Source: Eledone cirrhosa (Eukaryota). Taken from it: a stretch of 64,000 nt of DNA. Below, piece by piece: positions 45,845 through 59,096 of this stretch. The first letter of the stretch is position 1; every line of letters starts with the position of its first letter. A program made the translations under genes and the position numbers. The notes under the pieces were generated by a model. The model was not told the DNA's origin. It searched no databases and saw only the letters and a list, made by a program, of their open reading frames with translations. The stretch is from NCBI GenBank assembly GCA_964016885.1, contig OZ024741.1, positions 343,728,001 to 343,792,000 of the forward strand, given 5' to 3'.

Positions 45845-46326
45845 CACTGCTCCTTATGTTGAGCTAACTTTAGCCCCATATAAACGGCTGTTATTTCTAG
45901 CAGCACGAGTATGCGGCAGCTAGACACTGGATAACCATGTGTGAAAAACCATGTGCGTTAAACAGTCTTTTAAAATATTTTGAAGTGAAACATACCGATT
46001 TTTCTAGTGCTTGCTGAGGAGATCTAAATGCAGTATTTTTTCACTTTTTCATTTTTCGAAACTTATTTGGATTTTAAGGTTTAAACCTGTCTATGGAACA
46101 GGTTTGATTTTGAAATTTAAATTTGTCCAAGCACCACGGCCATTTGCCAATATGCTTTGTTTTTATTGATTTATTATTTTAAATCGAGACAGGCAAACTG
46201 TATTATTATAATTAGTATTTTTCAATCTAGCTAACTTAGTCATTTACAATACAAACACGGATATGTTGGTATTTGTGTTTATCAAATATATTAATTTATA
46301 TTAACTTGTATATATATATATATATA

Positions 46327-46520
46327 TAGGAAAAAGTATGACCTCGACGGCAGAGCTCAAGACGTTTCGACGGCCATTTCTCTCCAGAAATAGCCGTCGA
46401 AACGGCTTGAGCTCTGCCGTCGGGGTCATACTTTTTCCTATTTCCCACTCTACTACCCTAAGTATTGAGTACTCTGGTGCGTTATGGTCCATCTGGTTCC
46501 TTACTACAATTACTTTGTTA
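46327..46520 (+). mobile_element. Small fold-back element in (TA)n (family also at 53337-53527 (-), 54317-54470 (+); partials at 7620, 8305, 55130, 63920)
   Basis: taggaaaaagtatgacc..gagctcaag..tttc / gaaa..cttgagctc..ggtcatactttttccta, plus tail ctctactaccctaagtattgagtactctggtgcgttatggtcc. Confidence 0.8.
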
Positions 46521-46569
46521 TATATATATATAAATATAAAATGAGTTTATTCAGGTAATCATGTATATA

Positions 46570-49500
46570 TATGTATGAGATGAAAGAATGGTATTTAACG
46601 TTTTTGTACGCGATGGGCCCACCCACAGCCCCGGCGGACAGAATGGAGAAGGCGTTTCCGCGGAGGACGGCAAGGGAGACGCGCTGGAAAAGCCACTCCA
46701 ACTCGCGGGGCTCACACCTACGGCTGGCCAGATCAGCGCCTATGGTGGTGAGTAAGGTGGTAGCCCTGGGGCCGAGGACACCAGAAGTTTCCACTGCCAG
46801 GGGAACGACCCCAAACCTGTCGGAGAGCGACCAGTATTTGATTAGTTTGGACCCTCAGCCCGACGTGCAGCAGAACCTGGGTCAATCGCAGACTGCACCA
46901 GGTTGCGGCTGCAGAAAGTGTCGGTGCATGTTGCATCCCAGACGAGGGGTTTGCCACTGCGGAACGGGAAGATGGTCATGCCATCTGGCCTTTTGCCGTC
47001 CCCTCGATCCAGCCCCACCGGCTCGAGCTAGGAAGGGAAGCCTGCAGCGTCCAAGCCATGCTTAATGACCTCGTTGAGGGCAGTATGGTGTGGTATGCGG
47101 CCGGCACTCTGGCGACAGGAAAGCGGGTGGAGGCCGAAAGAGTGCACGGTGGAACCGCAGCGACATTAATGTGGCTGGCAGATCCTGAAGCCGAGCCTCA
47201 GGGAAACGCCGATTCGCAGGCTATGGTTGTCTAGCTGCGAGCCAGTGGAGAAGGAGGGCAGAGCATGGAGCCAGGCACCACTGTGGGGTTTGGAGGCCGC
47301 ACGAAAACAAGCAAGGCAGTGTTGGTCGAGCTGGCGCTTGAGCCTGTCTGAGGTCAGGCTGCACTGGATGGCATCCCAAGTGCGTTGGGGGGACTTGACC
47401 TCAACAGAGGGAGAAGGAGGAGGGACGTCTACTGGGCTAAGTCCCAGCCGGTCCCATGTCTCACAAGCGGCATCAAGTTCTCTGAACACAGAGGGTTCTG
47501 TTGTGTTTTGAAGAACCCTGCCTACGAGGACGCGGCACGAGGTTACCGAGGAAAGATACGCCAGCAAAGCTAGTGAGATCGGGGACCGGAGGCCTAGGCC
47601 GAAATACCTGACCGGTAATGTGGCCTGTTGCCACCCTATGTCGTCAAACTTGACGTTGCATATCCCCTCGGCTGCTGCTCGGATACAAGTATCGAGAGCA
47701 GCGAGGAGAGATGTCTGGGTGTAGCATGGAGCGCTGCGGAGTATATAGAGGAGCTTCGGCATGGCGAAGCAGTTCCTCAGCAGAAAGAGAGCTGGGTGGC
47801 CGTCAATCAAGCCCAGTCGGCTAGTGAGAGTCTGGAACTGTTGAAGCCTGGACCTGATGGTGGAGCGGATGGTCGGCGTGTAGATCGGTGACCCGAGGAT
47901 GAGGACATCCTCTTTGGGGGTCACCTGAACCTGGCGGAGAATGGACCGCACGTCCAAGACGGAGGCTGCAAAGCTCGCAGCATCGAGGCTGACGTTCACC
48001 ACCTCCGATTTGGCCGAGTTGACCTGGAGGCCGATTCCCGCCAGGGCAGGAATCACCGATTGATGCCCTTTGCAGACCGTCCGTACGGGCCCGCCTAACG
48101 TAGCATCATCCAGATACCAAACGTTGAGAGGGGCCGTGAAACTCCGGGAGATGTGGTCAATACCAAGGGCGAACATGAGGGGTCCCAAAGGGTCGCCCTG
48201 TTGGACCCCAGTAGCCGAGGGTATGACCGTATCAGCAGCTAGGAGCATGCTCGGGGCTCCATATGACAGGTAGACCCGCGGGTAGGCAGAGGGGGCTCGA
48301 CTGAGGCAGGCCTCGAGCAGATGATCCCGGCGTAAAGAGCTAAAGGCATTCCTCATGTCCAGCTTGACAATGAGGTGCCTGGAGTCCCTGGATGCCCGTG
48401 CCGATGGGTAGCTGCTGAAGAACTGCCTGATTGCATGAGAGGCTCCCTCACAGCCACCGGACACGCCGACACCCAGTTGCACCGGACTAAACTCCTCACC
48501 CAACTCGTGTGTGACGGACTTGCAGATCACATTGGCAGCCAGCCTCCGGAAGACATTGCCCACAGCAATGGGGCGTATGCCAACCTCTTTCTTCCTGAGA
48601 GCGGTGAGGCTGGCCGAAAAAAAGAAGCCTCGGGTGTAATGGTCGAAGGAACCATGAATGAGCCTATTGGTGAGTGCCACAATTGCACTCAGAAAGCGGC
48701 GCCCGGCCTCAGCGGAGAGGGTGGATGTCAACTCCTTGAGGTGGCCTGGTCGGAGACCATCAACACCTCCGCAGCTGCTAGCTGGGAAGGACCTGATGGC
48801 GGACATGATATCTGCATCAGTAGCCATAAGGAACAGGTGGGGGTCGGGTGGGGGTATGGGTCTGAGATCAGTGGGTGGATCAGGGTGTTTGATCCGCAGA
48901 GCAGCCAGGATCTCCTCGGTGGGTTGGAGGACAGTGTCCTCTGAGGCAACAACTCTGACTGCGGCCGAGACATCATCCATGATAAGCTTTGCCTTTACCT
49001 GGTCACGCAAACGCTTGGCGCTGGCCTAGTGGGTGGAGGATAGGGGTTATCTGAGGGTTTGGTGTGTGGCATCCCTGGGTTCGCTTGGAATGGGCGCTCG
49101 CCCAAATGACGAGACATTGGTCTTGACGAATGCTGCTGTTGACCGGCCGCCCTGGTCAGCGCCAGAGCTGGGGAGGCCGAGGGCGAGTGGGGCGAAATAG
49201 AACAGCCGCTCCCAGTCACTGGCCTGATTGGAGTCCAGGGCGTTCTCAATCGAGGAAGGGAGGGCATTGGCTACCGGCACCCGTGCCGCTCTCGGGATCC
49301 TGAGTGGGATCTTCCGAAGCCGCCTGAGCCGAGCGATGTTGACCAGCGAGGCTCAGGCGTCAGGCAAGCTCGCTGTCCCATCTGGTGGTGTGCCAGACGG
49401 CCGTGGCTGGGAAGACGTGGGGAAGAGGCAGCTCCTGCACCTCCACGCTGCGAGGGCATTGGAAGCTCGACGAGTCAAGCCAACGCAGGTGAGGTGGTGG

Positions 49501-49870
49501 AAGCAGCCGCACCCCAAACAGTTCCGGCCCCTCTTCCGTTTGTTAGTGGTGCCGCAAGTGCTGCAGGTGTCGATTTGGAGGGGTGGGGGATGGGGCGTGG
49601 AGCCGGGGACTGGGGCACCGAGCGGCATCAGGGGTGGGTGGCTGGTGTGTGTGGTTGGAAGGGAAAGTGCTGGTAAGAGGGAAGCATAGCTCACCTATAT
49701 ATATGGAGGAGCCAGAAAACGAGAGCGAAAAGGGGCTGCATGGAGGGGAAGACACAGGAAGGCAGAATGGCAGTAAATGAATGAGTGAATGGATGGATGT
49801 ACACAAAAAAGGGGGGGACAAGGGGTTGTTCCCAGAGGACAGACCCAGAGTTCAGCACACACACATGCGA
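46570..49870 (-). mobile_element. CRE-clade non-LTR retrotransposon (PHD finger, RT, CCHC, restriction-like endonuclease), slightly decayed
   Basis: ORF 47166-49010 has IRPIAVG, KLDMRNAF, GVQQGDPLGP, WYLDD, SGAWL. After a stop comes CRCG..H.LSC; C-terminus FQRVSLAVLRGNA. GC-rich relative to flanks. Confidence 0.88.
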
Positions 49871-50678
49871 GCAACTGAGCAGTTTGTCAAAGACGTTATT
49901 CTCAATGGACGCGCTTACAATATTTGAATATAACTGAACCCTCGTGTCATTTAATTTGAAAAGTGGAGCAAAGCAAAAGGAAAATAGTGAATTTTGAATG
50001 CGATTTTTTTTTCTTTTTTTTTTTTCTCAATACCGGACTTAGTTTTCCAGGATTTATACTCATTTTTTTTTTTTTTTTCCTCCCTTCAAAAGAATGGAGG
50101 CGTTTTATCTCCTCATGAAACTGACATTACTTAATGATGCTCGTCATCTATGGCTTATTCATATGTATTATTTCATAACTCTATAGAACTATTAGAATGG
50201 TTCTGCAGTGTTCTGTGTCCAGCCAGGTTTGTACAACAGGTAAGAAAAATGATGATTCGGTGACGGTTTCTTCTGATAGGAGCCTCTTCCACGGCGGAAG
50301 ATCGAAGTGTGTTTTCTTGTCTTCTTCAATACTTTCATAAACGGCTTCGGAGATTTAAAACTTATGTTTCAATTTTGGTTTTGTTTTTATATAACTTTCA
50401 CACCATTGTAAATAAACATTGCGGTTTCGCACAATTACTGGTTTCGATTGACAAGCTGCAGAACCTCCTATATTTCTAAAAAGGAATCCAGATTTAACTA
50501 AAGTTCGTTAGCTTCAGCAAAAGATCAAAACTGAAATGGATTCACTTCGAACTTTACCTTTTGCTCTAGGAAGTTAATAAAATTTTCTGGCAAATAATAG
50601 CGTGAGATATTTGACAAGAGATTTAGAGATAGTGAACTTTTGAATTAATCTTTTATTTTCCTTCTATTTTATCTATGT

Positions 50679-50742
50679 TCCATAATCGCTATGACCTCTC
50701 ATCTCTCCATAATCGTTATGTCCTCTCATCTCTCCATAATCG
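50679..50742 (+). repeat. 27-bp tandem minisatellite, ~2.4 copies
   Basis: Unit tccataatcg(c/t)tatg(a/t)cctctcatctc. Confidence 0.7.
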
Positions 50743-50795
50743 GCTCTTATAATATCTGTCAATATCTGTCTGTATGTATGGCTGTCATGTTCTAC

Positions 50796-50861
<66 letters not shown>

Positions 50862-50877
50862 ATATATATATATATAA

Positions 50878-51150
50878 TGAAAAGAAATCGAAAATGCAAC
50901 TGGAGTCTTTTAAAGATTGTGATGGAGGGTTTGTGTTTCTGTTGTGGTGAGACAAACTACAACAGAAACACAAACCCTCCATCTCAATTTTACTTTTGAA
51001 GAGCATAAGAACTGTGAAACCGGTAAAGTAAATAAATAAATATTCTTAAAAGACTACAGTTGCATTTTCAATTTCTTTCCCCTATACTTTCGACCATGTA
51101 GGACATCTCGTTTTTTTTTTCATTTAATAAAAAAACTCATTTTCTTATGT
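50878..51150 (+). mobile_element. Mini fold-back built only from the pLTR family of the 40.3-44.6 kb PLE; HHR at 50989-51032
   Basis: gatggagggtttgtgtttctgttgt / acaacagaaacacaaaccctccatc; tttactt-TTGAAGA-gca..tgt-GAAA-CCGG-TA-aagtaaa; tail resembles 44573-44632. Confidence 0.8.
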
Positions 51151-51221
51151 ATATATTCCAAATTCGTCCTGTCCGTCCCTTTTATAAAAAAAAGTCATTT
51201 TCTCATATATATATATATATG

Positions 51222-51378
51222 CATGGCCGAGTCATCGGTGATTTTACGGGCAGCACCATCAAGCTTGCTTAGTTAAAAAGGTAATCATTGTTCCTCCTGC
51301 GGGATGAAAAACAAAACCCGTCAAAGGACGGAAGAACTCTTGAGATTCAATGTTCATCCAGTACTCTGCACAGATGCA
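51222..51378 (+). mobile_element. Diverged partial relative of the ~610-bp repeat
   Basis: catggccgagtcatcggtga...tcctgcgggatgaaaaacaaaacccgtcaaagg...ctcttgaga. Confidence 0.6.
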
Positions 51379-51824
51379 CAGGGTGGGCCAGAATTCATGA
51401 CTCGCTTGTTAGTTGTATTTCTTAGCATGCCTCACATGTCTTTTTATTTATTTTTTCTAAATTTGATTAACCATTGCACATCCTTTGCTTAGCTTGGAAA
51501 AAGGTGTTCAATGTGTGAGATTATTTGTTAAAACAGACATCACTGAAGTATGCAGAGTAATAGAAGCAACTTATGGGCCACCCGCACCTACGAGAAAGAC
51601 TGTTGCTACTGTGTTGCAACTGAAGGAGGCCAGGTTGACCATGGAATAGAACACCGATTTAACTAAGCAGCGCATTAATCAAATGTGTACATTTGTATGC
51701 TTGCCGTATCTTGTTCATGATCTTATGCCTGTATATGGTATTATATTCCTTAACTTGTTTTATAATATTTTGTGTGAATAGATCTATAAATAATCGAGTG
51801 AGTCATGAATTCTGGCCCACCCGG
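51379..51824. mobile_element. MITE with ~28-bp TIRs, Tc1/mariner-like
   Basis: cagggtgggccagaattcatgactcgct ... agtgagtcatgaattctggcccacccgg|TA. The left flank is CA rather than TA. Confidence 0.7.
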
Positions 51825-52430
51825 TATATATTGTGTATATTTTGTATTTACGAGTAGAAAAAAAACCTGCCACTACGCTAGCGGTAAAAATATTTGTTAA
51901 TAATGTACGTACCTTCATAAATTGTTCAAACAATGTTTAGAATGACTGTCGCGGTGAAGATAAACAGCTTCTGGTGGGTGAGCCATACGGTGTTATACAA
52001 ATTTAAAGGAAGAAATTCAAGGAATCCTAGGGGAAGATAAGGCTGGAAAGTGATATAACTCAGCTCAGAAAATATCTAGGAACATGTGTTATTATGACGT
52101 CACCGTATTGTTGAATGGCGCCTTAAACTATCTATCTATCTATCTTCAAGATATCTTTCGCACATACACACACAATCACATTCAAACACATACACATATT
52201 CTCACTCTCTCTCACTCTCTTGTCATTCTCTCTCACTCTCTTGTCACTGTCTCTCACTCTCTTCTCACTCACTCTCTCTCTCACACTCTCTCTCACTCAT
52301 TCTCTCTCTCTCTCATTTCATTTCTCTCTGAACAACAAACACATTTCACACATATGTAGGAGGGGATATTCTATATATATTTTATATGTATTGTGTGTGT
52401 GTTGTGTTCGCGTGTTTTGTGTTTGTGTGG

Positions 52431-52475
<45 letters not shown>

Positions 52476-52618
52476 CATGCATGTATGTATGTATGTATGT
52501 ATGTATGTATGTATGTATGTATGTATGTATGTATGTATGTATGTGTGTAAACGGTAAAAAGAAATAACAACATAATCGGTACAGTATTAGATTAACGCTT
52601 GATATAGCAGGAAGAGGG

Positions 52619-52654
52619 TCTTAACGTTTCGGACGCTAGTCCTTCATCAGAAGA
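52619..52654 (-). ncRNA. Minimal HHR; diverged inverted relative at 53986-54021 (+)
   Basis: tctt-CTGATGA-a-ggac-tagc-gtcc-GAAA-CG-TT-aaga. Host repeat 52548-52735 is inverted relative to 53905-54095. Confidence 0.7.
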
Positions 52655-52846
52655 AAGAATGAGAAATAAGATAGATTGAGGGGACGGGCGGGATGGAATT
52701 GGAAAATATGTCTTTAGATAAAAATAACAGGTCCATTCATGTTGACATCTCTTAGAGTACTCAGTCCATGGGACGAGTTTGGTGGAAGTAGTAACTGTAC
52801 AGTTAGTTCACCATACCGAGAACAATTGTTTTACCTTATGCGGATC

Positions 52847-52889
<43 letters not shown>

Positions 52890-52930
52890 AGGAAGTTATA
52901 GTTTACTTGAAGCATTGTGTAATGAGGTGT

Positions 52931-53320
52931 AAACGCTTGTATATGTATAATAAAGCCAAAACATTGCAGGTATGGACATAGAATAAAGAATGCAAATGCA
53001 AAAGATATTGTTGATAATTAGTTTTTTACCTTAGATTTATTTAAATCTCCTTAATTTTCGAGATAATATCTCTTCTTCGGAGGGTAGTAAAGCATGTTCT
53101 AAATAGCTTGCCAAGTCATGCATGACTTGGCAAGCTATTTAGAACACTGGTTTAACTGCTTTACTACCCCCCGAAGAAGAGATATTATCTCGAAAGTTAA
53201 GGACATTTAAATAAATCTAAGGTAAAAAACTAATTATCAACAATATCTTTTGCATTTGCATTCTTTATTCTATGTCCATACCTGCAATGTTTTGGCTTTA
53301 TTATACATATAAAAACGTTT
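52931..53320. mobile_element. Fold-back with a 52-bp spacer-less central palindrome and CCGAAGA-core HHR motifs at 53049-53083 (-) and 53168-53202 (+)
   Basis: Centre ...ccaagtcatg|catgacttgg... at 53120/53121; cct-CCGAAGA-a-gagat-att-atctc-GAAA-AT-TA-agg. Confidence 0.8.
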
Positions 53321-53694
53321 ATATATATATATAACAAATGAATTGTGGTAAGGAAACAGATGGACCATAACGCACCAGACTACTCAATACTTAAGGTAGT
53401 AGAGTGGGAAATAGGAAAAAGTATGACCCCGACGGCAGAGCTCAAGCCGTTTCGACGGCTATTTCTGGACTCAAAAATAGCCGTGGAAACGGCTTGAGCT
53501 CTGCCGTCGGTGTCACACTTTTTCCTATATATATATATATATATATCCAGGGAGTGTAACGTGAAATTACTGTAGGTTCACCCAGGTGAGCACTCGATTT
53601 TTAGGTTCACGTCAGTGGTGAGGAGTAGAGCTGGACAGAGTGTAATATAATAAGACAATGACGCTTTGTTAAGCCTTCATTACGTTTATTGATT

Positions 53695-53779
53695 GGTGAC
53701 GCGCGTTTCGCTATTGATCAGCTCAAAGTTTGATCTGAATCGATCTAGCCCGACTCTGGAATCAAAAGCTCGTCGGACC
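53695..53779 (-). ncRNA. Hammerhead-like motif with CCGACGA core and extended stem II
   Basis: ggt-CCGACGA-gcttttgatt...gatcaatagc-GAAAC-GCGC-GTC-acc. Truncated relative at ~3668-3728. Confidence 0.72.
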
Positions 53780-53796
53780 TCTGCTGCTGTAATTTC

Positions 53797-53896
<100 letters not shown>

Positions 53897-54098
53897 GTGA
53901 GTAAATAAACCTGTCATTTTTATCTAAAGACATTTTTTCCAATTCCACCCGCACGTCTCTTCAATCTATCTTATTTCTCATCCTTTCTTCTGAAGAAGTA
54001 CTGATGTGCGAAATGTTAAGACCCTCTTCCTGCTATTTCAGGCGTTAACCTAATATACTCCTACCGATTGCGTTGTTATTTCTGTTTACCTTTTACAT

Positions 54099-54153
<55 letters not shown>

Positions 54154-54264
54154 CAACGCTTAGCGATTAGCGACCTCTAGACTCACCTGATCAACGAAAC
54201 AATTTTGTGAGTACTTGAAATAAAACCCCTTATTGTACAGCCAACCATGTTACTCTTCATTCTT

Positions 54265-54320
<56 letters not shown>

Positions 54321-54467
54321 AACCAGTAAGACCTCGACAGCTGAGCTCAAGCCGTTTCGAGCTCAGCTGTCGGGGTCTTACTGGTTCCTATTACCCACTC
54401 TAGTACCTCAAGTATTGAGTACTTTGGTGCGTTATGGTCCACCTGGTTCCTTACCACATTTCCTTCG

Positions 54468-54528
<61 letters not shown>

Positions 54529-55031
54529 TTATATAGAAATGGCTTATACATGATTAGATAAATTAGATTATTATAAATATTGTACCAGGTGAAACAGGAA
54601 GAACTAGGCAGGAGGCAGTGGTCAGAAGGAAAAATCTATTGAGTATTCAATCTTTGACATATGTTTCTGTACAGTTACATAACCGTCTACATCCGCTGAC
54701 TCCATTATACAATGCTCATTCGTATGCATTACGTTTTTATTATTGCACTTCACCAGACAGAAGTTAACAGAGAAGAAGGAAACATTTTGTTATACTGTGT
54801 CGGTACCGCCTTTCTGCAATAAGATTTATTTACGTACAAAACGTTGGTATTACCTCTGTCCTAAAATGAATGCTGTTGATATAATCGATTATTTTGTTCT
54901 CAAGATATGGGTAGCCTTGGCAGAAAATTAGAAAATAATATCAGTATCAACAGGTTAATGAAACTTGCTACTTTGAACTCGCTTGTCCCACTTTCTTCGA
55001 AGTGACACTTAAAATATACTGCATGAATAAA

Positions 55032-55113
<82 letters not shown>

Positions 55114-55252
55114 ACATATATATAAAACAAAGAAAGTGTGGTTAGGACCCAGGTGGACCATAACTCACCAGAGTACTCGATACTTAGGGTAGTAGAGTGG
55201 TTAATAGGAAAATAGTCAGGACCCAGACGGCTGAGTTCCGGCCGTTTCCGAA

Positions 55253-55307
<55 letters not shown>

Positions 55308-55833
55308 GCGTTTATAACCTATGTTTATAGCTCTGGTTTTTCAGCCATTGGAGCGCTTGCCAGTATGACTCTAAATTTGCGTTACGTTTCGCTTTTTCTA
55401 CCCGCCGAAATGCGATTCTCGCTGAATTCATATTTGTATTAATCTCCCGAGTCTTACAATTAACCTGTTAATAATTCTATTGACAGATTAATTGGATAAG
55501 TTTATTTTAATAACTAACTGGTTGAGTGCTTATTCGATTTGTGCTATTTATGTAATTTTTTGCATGATTTACACATACTAAATTCATTTGCCAAAATCTG
55601 GGGTTTTTCCCCTTGTGAGTTACACATGGGCTTTTACAAAAAACTACGTCATCCACAATACTGGTGCAGAACAAAATACCTGTTGATAACGTGATATTCC
55701 TCGTTCGATCATCATACCAAAAGCTTATGGTTTTAAGCAGACAGAATTATTGATTTAGATGTCACAGAAACCCTCCATTTGGATTTTACCATCAATTCCA
55801 AGGGTGCAGGTTAGTTATATATATGTGTATTTG

Positions 55834-55914
<81 letters not shown>

Positions 55915-56109
55915 ATGATTATGTCATTTATTCTGACCTGTTTAGCTTGACTTGTTTTTTGGCTTAGGTGGTTAATGCCTTCTTGACCGCCTACTCTGTT
56001 TGTATGTCGTTTATAACCTATGTTTATAGCTCTGGTTGCCAGCATGACTCTGAATTTGCGTAACGTTTCTCTTTTTCTACACGCCGAAATGCGATTCTCG
56101 CTGAATTTA

Positions 56110-56154
<45 letters not shown>

Positions 56155-56172
56155 TATATATACATATATATA

Positions 56173-56260
<88 letters not shown>

Positions 56261-56945
56261 AGAGAGAGAGGTCTGTATTGTGATTTCTTCGATATGTTCT
56301 TATATACTTCCTTTTTACTCCCTACATCACCACCTTAGGTATGGCTGCATTATATTTATGTATTTTACTTATGCTTTTATTTATGCATTTATTTACTCCC
56401 TTTACTCTCTTTATACACTTACCCTTGTACTCATTAGCACACAACCCTAGAATATTACTCTCTGTACCCTTATATCTGTTTATCTTTATTCACTCCCCCT
56501 ACCCACCCAGGAATCACACTACATATAACCCGGACTAACTGGGGATTAAATATAGTCTATTTGCACATTTCATCAGATTTTACCACTGTCAACTTCACAT
56601 CACGGGTGTGAATAACTAATAATCGTTTGGTACACGCGATGATCCGACGGATGTGGCGGCTTTCCCGACTGTACGCCAGGCGCTCGGGTCGATCAGCCTT
56701 CCTTGAGTGCTTGGGAAAATAAATTTCCCCTTCTTTCGGTAAACGAAAATACTCGGAACGGCTGCTTCGCCCTGGGGCCCTGTCGGACTTGGAACTCGCC
56801 GCGACACCGGTTATTGACCACCAAACAGTACCTTTAAATTATAGGTTTAATCATAAGGTTTAACTCTATCTTGCCTCCTTCTACTAGCATTTAACTAAAT
56901 CCCCCACCAGTGTGAATAACTAGTAATCGGTTGGTATATATGATG

Positions 56946-57124
56946 GCAGCAAACAAGCGGTGATAAGCTGACAGAGCTCTGTTTCGTACTGTTGGTACTT
57001 ATCAAAGCCTAGCACTTCCCTTGTTTGCCGAAAATTATGAGTGTGGGAAGGGAAGTGCTAGGCTTTGATAAGTACCAACAGTACGAAACTGAGCTCTGTC
57101 AGCTTATCTCCCCTTGTTTGCTGC
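56946..57124. mobile_element. 179-bp fold-back with an HHR (TTGATAA core) on each strand: 56964-57011 (-) and 57059-57106 (+)
   Basis: taggct-TTGATAA-gtac-caaca-gtac-GAAAC-AG-AGCT-CT-GTC-agctta. Confidence 0.82.
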
Positions 57125-57263
57125 AAATAGAAGTAAGTGACATAGTCCCCACTTTAAAACAATAGCGCAAGGTCTTCAAAATGCTTTTAATTAAGCATAC
57201 AGTGTATTGCAAAATACACTATATATACATTCATACATATATATCGCTATTTCAGAGCACCAA

Positions 57264-57297
<34 letters not shown>

Positions 57298-57519
57298 CGA
57301 TTATGTATATAAGTATATGTGGATGAACTCGCAACACCTATGGGGTGAGGAGAAGGTAGAGATATACGATGTTTCTTGGGCATTTTCTTTAATTTTCTTT
57401 ATATTTTGCGGAGCCGATCCTCTCTCTAGATCTGAATATGGCCAATTTCTCCCAGATTAAAGAAAGATACTGATAGAGCGGCAGTGTGAAAGAGATAACA
57501 TTTAGAATCAACCACAGTA

Positions 57520-57644
57520 CTAGGCTGGTATTTTCTTTTTTTTTATCGACCTCGGTATGGAAAATAAATTTGACCTCATAGAGCAAAGGCCGGAACGAAT
57601 ATGGCAAATCATGCTATTCGACATTCCATCGACTCTGTCAGCTT

Positions 57645-57650
<6 letters not shown>
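57520..57650 (-). mobile_element. Diverged, internally deleted Meta-domain SINE
   Basis: ctggtat..tttatcgacctcggtatgg...tgtcagcttgccacc. Confidence 0.55.
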
Positions 57651-57730
<80 letters not shown>

Positions 57731-57733
57731 GCA

Positions 57734-57777
<44 letters not shown>

Positions 57778-57855
57778 AATGAAAGGTATAGAAAATATTA
57801 TAGCAAGAGGCCAACAGTATTCCATAATATATATATATATATATACATATATATG

Positions 57856-57991
<136 letters not shown>

Positions 57992-58081
57992 TATATAATA
58001 TGTATATATATATATATAATATGTATATATATATAATATGTATATATATATATAATATGTATATATATATATGTGTGTGTG

Positions 58082-58169
<88 letters not shown>

Positions 58170-58251
58170 GTATATATATATATATGTATGTATATATATA
58201 TATATAATATGTATATATATATATATAATATGTATATATATATATAATATG

Positions 58252-58284
<33 letters not shown>

Positions 58285-58661
58285 ATGTGTATATATATAT
58301 ATATATGAGTGTATGTCTTCAATGAATTATCATATAACTAAAGTATTTGGTGGTATTTTACTACATTTCTCTATATGTAAGAGTATTTATGGGCGGGCGC
58401 CATGATATGTATATTTGTATGTATAGTTGCTCAATGCAGCATCTACGTAATAAGTGTCGCTTATATGGATTACTAACTAAATTGGTTGTGGCAGTCGCAG
58501 TAGTAGTAACAGTAACGTTGTTAGTAATGGCAATATTTTTCGCAGGAATAGTAGTATTAGTGTAAGTAATGGTGTCAGTACTAATACCAATAGATACGAG
58601 TTAGTTATTAAGAGTGCAGCTCGAAAGTAAATTAAAAAAGAAAAAAATATCTTTCATTGCA

Positions 58662-58717
<56 letters not shown>

Positions 58718-58720
<3 letters not shown>

Positions 58721-59035
58721 GGACCTGGAGATAGAAATTGGAAAAATGTGGAAATTGAGAACTAAAACAATACCAGTGGTTGTAGGCACTCTAGGAATGA
58801 TACCTAAGGGGTCTAATGATTACTTATCGCAAATTCAAGGAAACCCGCGTATAGGAGAAATACAAAAGATAGTACTAATGGGAACTGCCCATATACTAAG
58901 GAAGATTCTGTCAATATAAGTACATCACAAGTCTAAACACTAAAGATGCATGTGTGTGTATGTATGTTCTTTCTTGAACATGGCGGACCTTGTCTCTTGA
59001 GGTCACTGGTTGTGACTTGGTGATAACTCGTATGA
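58718..59035 (+). mobile_element. 5'-truncated Dong/R4 LINE 3' end in (TAA)n
   Basis: KDLEIEIGKMW..IPVVVGTLG..IQKIVLMGTAHILRKIL*. Confidence 0.85.
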
Positions 59036-59058
59036 ACATAAAGCATGATAAATGCAAC

Positions 59059-59095
<37 letters not shown>

Positions 59096-59096
59096 T

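Noticed and set aside
47227-49780. Plus-strand ORFs within the GC-rich region
   Set aside because: Antisense shadows of the CRE element ORF.
50200-50420. Possible minus-strand coding exon
   Set aside because: Short open frames with no convincing splice sites or recognisable protein motif.
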